NCBI GenBank assembly: GCA_965216875.1
Contig: OZ244207.1
Coordinates: 1,792,001-1,856,000 of the forward strand
DNA from: Rubripirellula sp.
GTDB lineage: Bacteria > Planctomycetota > Planctomycetia > Pirellulales > Pirellulaceae
Length of the DNA: 64,000 nt
Reading direction: 5' to 3'
The notes beneath the pieces are model-generated. The model made no database searches, was not told where the DNA came from, and saw nothing but the letters and a program-made list of their open reading frames with translations. The position numbers and the translations under genes were made by a program. Below, piece after piece: positions 18,302-25,194 of this stretch (its first letter is position 1; each line of letters begins with the position of its first letter).

Positions 18302-18703
18302 TCAGCAATCTAGCAATTCGTTACGCAAAACACCAGTTTCCAAGCACCACTCAATCACTGATCGAACAAAACCTGGGGTGACCTCAAAAGCCGAAATCAG
18401 TCCTAGTTCCCAGCATCGTCGCATCCCCATTGGTGCGAACGCTGACGTTCGTTCAACACGTGTCTCGTCCTCCAGCGTGATTGGTGTAGTTGGAACCGGA
18501 ATGTTGTAACCGCTGGACGTGAGACGTGACACGAAGGAGTGATGCTCCCCGCGTCCCATCGGGTACCAGAAGTGGAGTCTCTTGTCATTCGAGACGACAA
18601 GTAGACCGGCCTCATGATCGCCGGGCCTGTGCGGCTGCACCTGCCAGTAAAACGTTTCGTCACCGACTTTGATTGCAGTCTTTCGTCGCTTGGCTACAGA
18701 CAA
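18302..18703 (-). CDS. Cassette C8 hypothetical protein (paralog of C31 and C35)
   Basis: AKRRKTAIKVGDETFYW...VTPGFVRSVIEWCL; start uncertain. Confidence 0.65.
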   Translation of the reverse strand: MSVAKRRKTAIKVGDETFYWQVQPHRPGDHEAGLLVVSNDKRLHFWYPMGRGEHHSFVSRLTSSGYNIPVPTTPITLEDETRVERTSAFAPMGMRRCWELGLISAFEVTPGFVRSVIEWCLETGVLRNELLDC

Positions 18704-18735
18704 AACTAGGCCACGAGGTTGAGGTGCATTTGTTG

Positions 18736-18824
18736 GCAGAACGGCGGCCATCACCGAGGACGGCCAATGTGGTTTCCATTTTTGAACGCGACATGCCGTC
18801 CTTCGGTGGATGGCATGGTTATGT
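18736..18824 (-). other. attC site 7
   Basis: ACATAAC ... GTTCTGC. Confidence 0.9.
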
Positions 18825-19298
18825 GCTCACTGGGATTACCGGAGCGGCCAAGTTAATCATAGCAACGATCCGCAACCAAAGAAATGATTGATCGTTCGTT
18901 GGTTTGTGAGCAGTGAAAAATGAGATCGGAATCGCCATCACTGCGTAGCCCCATGCGGCAATGAGAAACAGCATTGGCACGAACGAATCGCCAACCGACA
19001 AGTTGACACCCATTGCGTCGAGCAGCAGCGAAACCATGACGTAGAGCCACGCGACAATCGGCACGAAGCAAGCTGGATACGCGATCACGTAGGAAGCGAA
19101 TCTCGCTCGGTCTCTCTCGTTTGGTGCGGAAGACCACGACTTGCGAAACAGCAAGAGCTGCACGCCGCAAATTGCTGTCCATCCTGCGAGCGCAAGTTGC
19201 ACACGAAATCCAGTGCGCGGCCAGAGTTGAATTGCGAGTGCAACTCCAGTTGTCAAAAGCAGAAGATCAATGATTCGTAGTTGATACGGACGTCGCAT
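18819..19298 (-). CDS. Cassette C7 multi-TM membrane protein
   Basis: About five hydrophobic segments; stop in R''. Confidence 0.75.
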   Translation of the reverse strand: MRRPYQLRIIDLLLLTTGVALAIQLWPRTGFRVQLALAGWTAICGVQLLLFRKSWSSAPNERDRARFASYVIAYPACFVPIVAWLYVMVSLLLDAMGVNLSVGDSFVPMLFLIAAWGYAVMAIPISFFTAHKPTNDQSFLWLRIVAMINLAAPVIPVST

Positions 19299-19309
19299 TC
19301 ATGTCATGC

Positions 19310-19399
19310 ACATAACGTTTAGCGTAACCGGGTGGCGACGGTTGACGTTGATTTCAAGTTCGGCGTGAATCGCCACTCCGGTTCACGCTGTTGTTATGC
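19310..19399 (-). other. attC site 6
   Basis: GCATAAC ... GTTATGT. Confidence 0.9.
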
Positions 19400-19412
19400 G
19401 GCTGGCGACGAC

Positions 19413-19952
19413 TCAGGCTAAAACTTGGAATGGCTCAGGGTCGTCAGTCTGAACATCCATGTCGTGCCGAAATCCGACTAAGAGGCGTCCAAGTTCAGCC
19501 GTGAGATCGTAAACGTAATCCGCTCCGGTGTCAGCTCTTTGCTGCTCCGTAAGGCGGGCCAATATTTCATTAGCAACCGCAGGAACATCGCCATTCATTG
19601 CGGGTTGCTTTGCGGTGTCATTACAATCGTATTGGATTGACCACGCTTCATGACCGTTTTCAAATCCTACGATTTCTGTTGCCATCACGGTATCGGAGCA
19701 CCAGAAGTAGATCGTTGAAGCACCGTGTTTCGAAAGCTCTTGTGCGTCCGACGCCTCAAGGTCAGCAAAGTGGTCGGACCCGTCTGCAATTAGCACGACC
19801 CACGCATGTGCTTCTGGGTTTGGTAACTCGAGAAGATACCAACCGGTATCAGGAAAGTCGTGTCGCTCGCCAGTGATTGCTCGTTTGGATACTGCAAGCA
19901 GCTGATCCGTCGCGACTCCAGCTTGTGCTATCCAAGAAACGCGGAATCCCAT
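19413..19952 (-). CDS. Cassette C6 acidic hypothetical protein
   Basis: MGFRVSWIAQ...; GGAG upstream. Confidence 0.8.
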   Translation of the reverse strand: MGFRVSWIAQAGVATDQLLAVSKRAITGERHDFPDTGWYLLELPNPEAHAWVVLIADGSDHFADLEASDAQELSKHGASTIYFWCSDTVMATEIVGFENGHEAWSIQYDCNDTAKQPAMNGDVPAVANEILARLTEQQRADTGADYVYDLTAELGRLLVGFRHDMDVQTDDPEPFQVLA

Positions 19953-19971
19953 GTGAAGCTCCGTAGTTGCC

Positions 19972-20061
19972 GCATAACGGTACCGATCACCGAGGACCGG
20001 CGGACGAGTTTCCGTTGTCAATTGACGACGCACGGTCCTTCGGTGCATCGGATGGTTCGTC
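19972..20061 (-). other. attC site 5
   Basis: GACGAAC ... GTTATGC. Confidence 0.9.
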
Positions 20062-20125
20062 GTCTTGTCCTGTTCGGTCGGGATTGGATAGCGAAGTCCT
20101 AACCAGAGCAAACAACAACTCCGGG

Positions 20126-20392
20126 TCATAGGACGGGAGGAAAAAGTAAAGGCGAGAGCAATAGAATGATCAGCACGATCGCGATGAGAACTCTCATCGC
20201 CGCGCCGGGCCTAGTGAGGACAATCGATGCCACAAACAAAACTGTGAACAGCACGAGAAGTGCCCCAGCGAAAATGCCATATCCGTAGAAAACGGAACCC
20301 ACACGCATACCCGAAGCGATAAGTCCCGCACTTACACCAAACAGGGTCGTCGTCAAGAGCAGATGGCGTAGCCCGAAGCGAACTCGATCCAT
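20126..20392 (-). CDS. Cassette C5 ORF b, small three-TM protein
   Basis: MDRVRFGLRHLLLTTTLFG... Confidence 0.6.
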   Translation of the reverse strand: MDRVRFGLRHLLLTTTLFGVSAGLIASGMRVGSVFYGYGIFAGALLVLFTVLFVASIVLTRPGAAMRVLIAIVLIILLLSPLLFPPVL

Positions 20393-20409
20393 CTGTGCAT
20401 TTGGATTGG

Positions 20410-20574
20410 TCAATGGATATGCCCAAAATCCCAGATTGGATGTCCGTGCATCTGTCCACCGATTCCACCGTGGCGATGCCAAATCGGAAGACAGCCGACT
20501 ACGAAAAGTGAAACAATCGAGGTCACGAATATGAACGAACGAAGGGAAAACTGAAATTGCGGGTTGCGGTTCAC
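20410..20574 (-). CDS. Cassette C5 ORF a, one-TM peptide with His-rich tail
   Basis: QFSLRSFIFVTSIVSLFVVG...HRHGGIGGQMHGHPIWDFGHIH. Confidence 0.5.
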   Translation of the reverse strand: MNRNPQFQFSLRSFIFVTSIVSLFVVGCLPIWHRHGGIGGQMHGHPIWDFGHIH

Positions 20575-20596
20575 AACAGAAGCCACATTTCTCATC

Positions 20597-20686
20597 GACG
20601 AACGTTAGCCGTCACCGGGGACGGCGGGTTGGTATTCCGTTTGTGACGACCGCATGCCGTCCTCCGTGTGAACGGCATTGTTCTGC
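20597..20686 (-). other. attC site 4
   Basis: GCAGAAC ... GTTCGTC. Confidence 0.9.
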
Positions 20687-21174
20687 TCTTGTATTGTGAA
20701 GCGCATGCACAGATCCCAGATTGCTTCGTTTGAGTGCAAGAAGACAGCGGTGTCCCATGATGCATAGTCCTTGTACTCGATACGCACACGCTTCGGAGGG
20801 GCGTCATCAACGGCGAAATATATCTGCACGCCGTCGTCAATATAGACGCGTTTGCCATCAATGAGGCAATCGAATACTACGCCCTCACCGAAACTTCGGT
20901 CATCAAGCCATGCAGGATATTCGCTTGGCTGTCGATATACCGGACCGGGATCGTGTTCCGCTGAAGTAGCACGGTGAAGCACAACTACGCGAGCACGCTT
21001 GTCGTGAAAACAGATTGCGTTCGTGACCGGGTATCCGTTCGACCGCGTTCCGAGGCGGACATCCCCTTGGATGTTGGACGCGGCCGTGATTCTCCACAGC
21101 AATGGTGTCCCAAACGCAACAGCGATCGCTGCTAACGCGACGACGCTCAATAGTGTCCGAAGGGTAAATCGCAT
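20605..21174 (-). CDS. Cassette C4 membrane-anchored protein; reads through most of its attC
   Basis: MRFTLRTLLSVVALAAIAVAF. Confidence 0.75.
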   Translation of the reverse strand: MRFTLRTLLSVVALAAIAVAFGTPLLWRITAASNIQGDVRLGTRSNGYPVTNAICFHDKRARVVVLHRATSAEHDPGPVYRQPSEYPAWLDDRSFGEGVVFDCLIDGKRVYIDDGVQIYFAVDDAPPKRVRIEYKDYASWDTAVFLHSNEAIWDLCMRFTIQEQNNAVHTEDGMRSSQTEYQPAVPGDG

Positions 21175-21180
21175 TCTGTA

Positions 21181-21270
21181 GCAGAACGTTAACGATCACG
21201 TGGTCGCCGCGAACGACTCACCACTTCAATAAACTCAACTCGGCGACTCACGTGCATCGTCTGGTTCGCC
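21181..21270 (-). other. attC site 3
   Basis: GGCGAAC ... GTTCTGC. Confidence 0.9.
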
Positions 21271-21645
21271 GCGATTCTGCAATTGACGTTCGAGTTCGTC
21301 AACAATGTCGTTCAACGATTGCCGCATGCAGCCCAATGAGCACCAGAATATATTGAATTGCCCGCCGCGAATATTGTCCACAATCATATTCCGCTGCTCG
21401 ACGAACCTGCCGTCGATTGTCTCTTGCACAAAGGTCATCAGGTAACCGGCGAGTCGGTCGGATGGCCCTCCGGATCGTCGGTCCTCGGACATGAGGTGTG
21501 CCCCGCCCTGAAGTGAAATCAAGCCGTCGACTTCGGCAGTATCCCGTCCGCAAGAAGGACAGACCGAGACAAAGCAGTCGTCGTCACCGGCAGCTATGGG
21601 AAATTCAGTTGGCATTTCGGTTGATGACATTTCAGTCGGCGAACG
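21182..21645. repeat. Duplicated cassette, proximal copy (same as 9429-9892)
   Basis: 464 bp, no differences seen by eye. Confidence 0.9.
21235..21630 (-). CDS. Cassette C3 Cys-motif hypothetical protein (copy of C23)
   Basis: Same protein as 9482-9877. Confidence 0.75.
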   Translation of the reverse strand: MSSTEMPTEFPIAAGDDDCFVSVCPSCGRDTAEVDGLISLQGGAHLMSEDRRSGGPSDRLAGYLMTFVQETIDGRFVEQRNMIVDNIRGGQFNIFWCSLGCMRQSLNDIVDELERQLQNRGEPDDARESPS

Positions 21646-21730
21646 AAAGAAATCACGGGGGACGGGCGAAAGGCTTGCAAGCAGACTAAAAAACGCGACT
21701 CCCGTCCTCCCGTGCATTTCATGGTTCGCC
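21638..21730 (-). other. attC site 2
   Basis: GGCGAAC ... GTTCGCC. Confidence 0.9.
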
Positions 21731-21742
21731 AGTTCAGTAACG

Positions 21743-22192
21743 CTAGAGTCTCAGGGACGACCTGAGAATCTCAGCAGTGAAGAAGGATAGTGTATCAGCG
21801 ACAACATTCGGCGTCGAAGGATTGCTTGTATTCAGGGACAAGCCGTACACCGGCGGGTCGTCAGTCCCGTCTGCGGAAAAGTAGTAGTTGTCCTCTGCAC
21901 CGGGGGCAACCGCAAAGATCACGTCACTCGGAGAGAGTGTCCAGATCGTACCGCGATGGAAGTCGTCGGGTGCAGTCCGTGTCCACTCGTGCAATTCGGA
22001 AACAGGGACGAAGATTTCAGTGTTGTAGAGGCGATATGCGTCAAGCAGCATCATGTCGCGATATAACTGCGGTAGTGATACCGCTAGCTGATTCTCAACG
22101 GCGTCAAGTTCGTCTACCGAACAACCACGGTGTTGAGGCAACTCGCGGAAGAAATCGAGCACATCTTGTGTCGACAATCGATGTTCGGTCAT
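21743..22192 (-). CDS. Cassette C2 SMI1/KNR4 (SUKH) family protein
   Basis: GCSVDELDAVENQLAVSLPQLYRDMM...DDPPVY. Confidence 0.8.
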   Translation of the reverse strand: MTEHRLSTQDVLDFFRELPQHRGCSVDELDAVENQLAVSLPQLYRDMMLLDAYRLYNTEIFVPVSELHEWTRTAPDDFHRGTIWTLSPSDVIFAVAPGAEDNYYFSADGTDDPPVYGLSLNTSNPSTPNVVADTLSFFTAEILRSSLRL

Positions 22193-22217
22193 CAATCGCA
22201 GTTTGAGGCTTTGTGTT

Positions 22218-22307
22218 GGCGAACGGCACGGTTCAGCGGGCCGGGGGAGTTGATTGTCCATTTGAGAAAGCGCGCAAGCCCGGCTCCGTTGCAACCGATG
22301 GTTCCCC
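22218..22307 (-). other. attC site 1
   Basis: GGGGAAC ... GTTCGCC. Confidence 0.9.
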
Positions 22308-22325
22308 GCCGTTTGGGTCGCTCCG

Positions 22326-22709
22326 CTACGAGTCGGCGCGCGCCGCCAAGCGACGTTCCATTTCGGGATCCGATTTCTCCGGCAGGTCAATCAGTTCCAA
22401 TTCGTAGACCAACAATGCGTTGGCTGGAAGTTCAGGGTATGTCTTGCGTTCATCATAGGTCAAGTTGGGCGGCGCGATGACGGTCCGTCGTCCGCCAGAG
22501 CGCATCCCCAGCAATCCGTATTCAATGCCAGCGTAGCAGTCACGTCCGCCAACTCGGATTGGATATGGGGAGTCGGTATCAGAGGCAAACAGCACATCGC
22601 CTTTGCGTCGCGTACAAACGCATTGGCAGAGAGCGAGGTCACCCGGCACGCATGGCCGTCCAGAACCGATTTTGTGGTCCGTAAACTTGAGGCTACGTGG
22701 CGGCTTCAT
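22326..22709 (-). CDS. Cassette C1 FKBP-type peptidyl-prolyl isomerase homolog
   Basis: GMRSGGRRTVIAPPNLTY...LPANALLVYELELID. Confidence 0.85.
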   Translation of the reverse strand: MKPPRSLKFTDHKIGSGRPCVPGDLALCQCVCTRRKGDVLFASDTDSPYPIRVGGRDCYAGIEYGLLGMRSGGRRTVIAPPNLTYDERKTYPELPANALLVYELELIDLPEKSDPEMERRLAARADS

Positions 22710-22718
22710 TCTTCAGTC

Positions 22719-22760
22719 GGGGAACTTATTTATCAGCTGTTGAACGGGTGAGAATAGGGC
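22719..22760 (-). other. attI site (crossover G|TT at 22725/22724; upstream extent approximate)
   Basis: GTTCCCC is the exact complement of cassette 1 R'' GGGGAAC and is not preceded by an attC hairpin. Confidence 0.75.
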
Positions 22761-22935
22761 GTGCTGGCTGTTCTCACTGGGTGGACCTTCGGTAGGGTCG
22801 GTGACACGCGCCTTGATCCTCGTATTCTCACTGGTCGCTCCAGTATTCTCACCGGGTAGGTGACAACCACTCTGGGGGTATTCTCGCCGTTGGCTTTCAG
22901 GTTGTCAAATTTCGAATCGTTTCCAGTGAATAGGG
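22745..22935. repeat. Five or six copies of a TATTCTCACYGG-like motif between attI and intI
   Basis: 22745 (inverted), 22768, 22822, 22843, 22878, partial inverted copy at 22923. Confidence 0.7.
22880..22908 (-). promoter_or_regulatory. Candidate cassette promoter Pc
   Basis: TTGACA-N17-GAGAAT pointing toward attI. Confidence 0.55.
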
Positions 22936-22969
22936 TTATCGCGGATTACCGCAGTTATGTGAACAAGTG

Positions 22970-22998
22970 TTGACTGTACCTTTGGAGGGGGTCATAAA
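22970..22998 (+). promoter_or_regulatory. Candidate intI promoter
   Basis: TTGACT-N17-CATAAA; weak -10. Confidence 0.3.
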
Positions 22999-23044
22999 GC
23001 CTGGGTATTGGAGTCAATCACCGCGAACGGGGCAGGGTTTTCTC

Positions 23045-24538
23045 ATGCCGTTTTTTGAGCGAAAGGGGCGCAGGGATCGCGACTCAAAATGGGCGAAGAT
23101 TTGGTTTGGCAAGCTCGCGAAGTTCCACAACGAGAAAGAGAGTCCTTTGTGGGAGTTTTCGCGAGAGCAGGTGATCGCGTTCCTGCGCGATCGGCTCGCT
23201 GCCGGATACCCTGCGTGGAAGCGACAGAGCATCGTCAAAGGTTTGATTGCTTATCGGCGTGACATTCAATGCCAACCCTACGACGATCTGCTTGATCTTC
23301 AAGACACACTTCGAGAGCTCGCGGTTAAGGAACGAGTGAGGGATCAGGGTGTGAAGGACATTGAGGATCTGGTTGGCAAGATCAATCCCAATGAACCGGA
23401 CATCATCCAAGACTTGCGGCGAAAATTGCGGCGCGAAGGCAAGGCGTATGCAACTGAGCGAGCCTACGTTGGTAAGTTGAAAGCGTTCATGCAGGCGCGC
23501 GGGTTAAAATGCCGCTCCGATTTTGCCACGATTTCAGGGGCCGATGTGGAGGCACATTTGACCGATCTCGCGGTTGACGGCAACGTTGCTCCATCGACTC
23601 AAAACCAGGCGTTCCATGCTTTGTTGTTTTTGTTCGAGCATGTGCTTAAGCGAGACATCGGTCGAATCCAGGCGATTCGCGCGTCCAAGGGCAAACAGAT
23701 TCCGACGGTCTTGAGTGCATCAGAAGTGGAGAAGGTGTTCTCGCATTTGACCGGCGTCCATTTGACCATCGCCAAGTTGCTTTACGGTTGTGGCATGCGG
23801 ATCGGGGAAGCGATGCGGCTTCGTGTGAAAGACATCGATTTTGAAAACGGACGGATTGAAATCCACCAGTCCAAAGGGGGCAAGAGCCGATTGGTCGGGC
23901 TGCCCTTGGACTTGATTGAGCCGCTCAAGCGTGCGTTGCGCTCAAGGCGAGTCCTCTATGAAAACGATGTCGCGGATGGGACGGCATCAGTATGGCTGCC
24001 ATACGCGCTTTGGCGCAAGTATCCGAACGCGGCCAAAGATTGGCGCTGGCAATTCGTATTTGCATCCGATCGACTCTCTCGCGATCCACAAACCAATCAA
24101 TTGCACCGACATCATCTGCATAAGGATACTTTCTCGACTCACTTGAGGTGTGCCGTCGAACGCTCCGCTGTTGAAAAGGCGGTAAGTACTCATACATTCC
24201 GTCATTCATTTGCGACTCACCTGCTGAAACAGGGGACTGATCTTCGCGTGATTCAGGAATTATTGGGGCATCAGGATATTGCAACGACAACGATCTACAC
24301 TCACGTCTTCGATGATGAGCGGGTTCGATTTGTGAGTCCCCTTGACCGGATCCCCAAAAAGTCACCCGTAAAGGAAATGGCCGGATCGTGTGATGATCAG
24401 CAAGCGGAACGCAAGTCGCAAAGCGGTGTTGCGAAGTTCCTGGAGTTATCGACCCGTCTCTTTGCGTGGAGCGAGATTCTGAGAGAACGCAAGCTGCAAA
24501 AACGTGCCGATGTCGAGCAGATTGTCGCGCCGAGGTGA
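23045..24538 (+). CDS. intI: Integron integrase (tyrosine recombinase), ~497 aa
   Basis: [31 protein letters not shown]; IntI-specific patch [22 protein letters not shown]...RHH. Confidence 0.96.
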   Translation: MPFFERKGRRDRDSKWAKIWFGKLAKFHNEKESPLWEFSREQVIAFLRDRLAAGYPAWKRQSIVKGLIAYRRDIQCQPYDDLLDLQDTLRELAVKERVRDQGVKDIEDLVGKINPNEPDIIQDLRRKLRREGKAYATERAYVGKLKAFMQARGLKCRSDFATISGADVEAHLTDLAVDGNVAPSTQNQAFHALLFLFEHVLKRDIGRIQAIRASKGKQIPTVLSASEVEKVFSHLTGVHLTIAKLLYGCGMRIGEAMRLRVKDIDFENGRIEIHQSKGGKSRLVGLPLDLIEPLKRALRSRRVLYENDVADGTASVWLPYALWRKYPNAAKDWRWQFVFASDRLSRDPQTNQLHRHHLHKDTFSTHLRCAVERSAVEKAVSTHTFRHSFATHLLKQGTDLRVIQELLGHQDIATTTIYTHVFDDERVRFVSPLDRIPKKSPVKEMAGSCDDQQAERKSQSGVAKFLELSTRLFAWSEILRERKLQKRADVEQIVAPR

Positions 24539-24565
24539 ATCGCATCGCGGTGGATTTCGTTAACT

Positions 24566-24828
24566 CGGGAGGGCGAGGCTCGTGCAGAGAGTCTTGGGGA
24601 ATGGGTGGCCACGAAAAACACGAGAAGACACAAAAGGGAGAACGATGCGATTGGTGTGTACTGAGCTTCTTGTGCCTTTTCGTGTTTCTTGTGGCTGATG
24701 CTTTGGGCGGAAAAGGGGGAACCACGAATTGAACGAATGACACGAATGGGGTTGGCGGGAGGGCGAGGCTCGTGCAGAGAGTGCTGAGGATTGTTTGGCC
24801 ACGAAAAACGCGAGAAGACACAAAAGGG
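24566..24828. repeat. Direct repeats (24566 and 24756) with GCCACGAAAAACACGA-type motifs and an inverted copy at ~24670
   Basis: Read directly from the sequence. Confidence 0.7.
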
Positions 24829-24839
24829 TGATGGGTAGG

Positions 24840-25192
24840 GCCCGGCCGCTTGCGCGTTCACGGCTCACTGGGAATCGACCTCCTTCTGGCGAAGGTAGCT
24901 ACGGATGCGCGAGGGGAAGTAGGGCCCGCGGCTAGCGCCGTCGGCTCAGGAGTGTGGGAAAAAAGTGGGTGGAGCCCGGCCGCTTACGCGTTCGCGGCTC
25001 ACTGGGATTCGACCACCTTCTGGCGAAGGTAGCTACGGATGCGCGAGGGGAAGTAGGGCCCGCGGCTAGCGCCGTCGGCTCAGGAGTGTGGCGGTTGGGG
25101 GGGAGAGCGTGGTGAGGTGATTGTGCCGGATCTGTGTCGCTGTCGCTCCTTGATCCGGCCTACGGGCGCGCAGGGTGCGTCGTCGGCTCAGG
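24840..25192. repeat. REP-like cluster: two ~118 bp direct repeats (24840, 24974) and a GTAGGCCGGATC-type palindrome
   Basis: GTAG-flanked short palindromes such as GTAGCTACCTTCGCCAGAAGGTGG (also at 30330). Confidence 0.75.
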
Positions 25193-25194
25193 GG

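Larger units (their letters stand above)
1755..24538. mobile_element. Chromosomal integron: intI, attI and an array of about 38 cassettes on the minus strand
   Basis: Integron integrase divergent from a run of short same-strand ORFs, each followed by an ~90 bp imperfect palindrome bounded by AAC...GTT. Confidence 0.95.

Noticed and set aside
1755..22307. CRISPR array interpretation of the recurring repeats
   Set aside because: The repeats are ~90 bp, divergent and separated by whole genes; there are no cas genes; they fit attC
4848..22390. Long N-terminal extensions given by the ORF track for many cassette genes
   Set aside because: They begin inside or upstream of the preceding attC, outside the cassette; I treated them as longest-ORF artefacts and reassigned the starts
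331..22480. Plus-strand ORFs within the cassette array
   Set aside because: Antisense shadows that often cross attC boundaries and lack recognisable motifs; no convincing inverted cassette
1755..22709. Classical type II toxin-antitoxin or antibiotic-resistance cassettes
   Set aside because: No RelE/ParE/HigB/VapC-like pair or resistance enzyme recognised by eye
22945..22985. LexA/SOS box upstream of intI
   Set aside because: GTTATGTGAACA resembles only a half site; no complete CTGT-N8-ACAG or TGTTC-N4-GAACA palindrome seen
23925..25032. ORFs 23925-24821, 24397-24861, 24560-24868 and 24850-25032
   Set aside because: Antisense to intI or translations of repeat DNA
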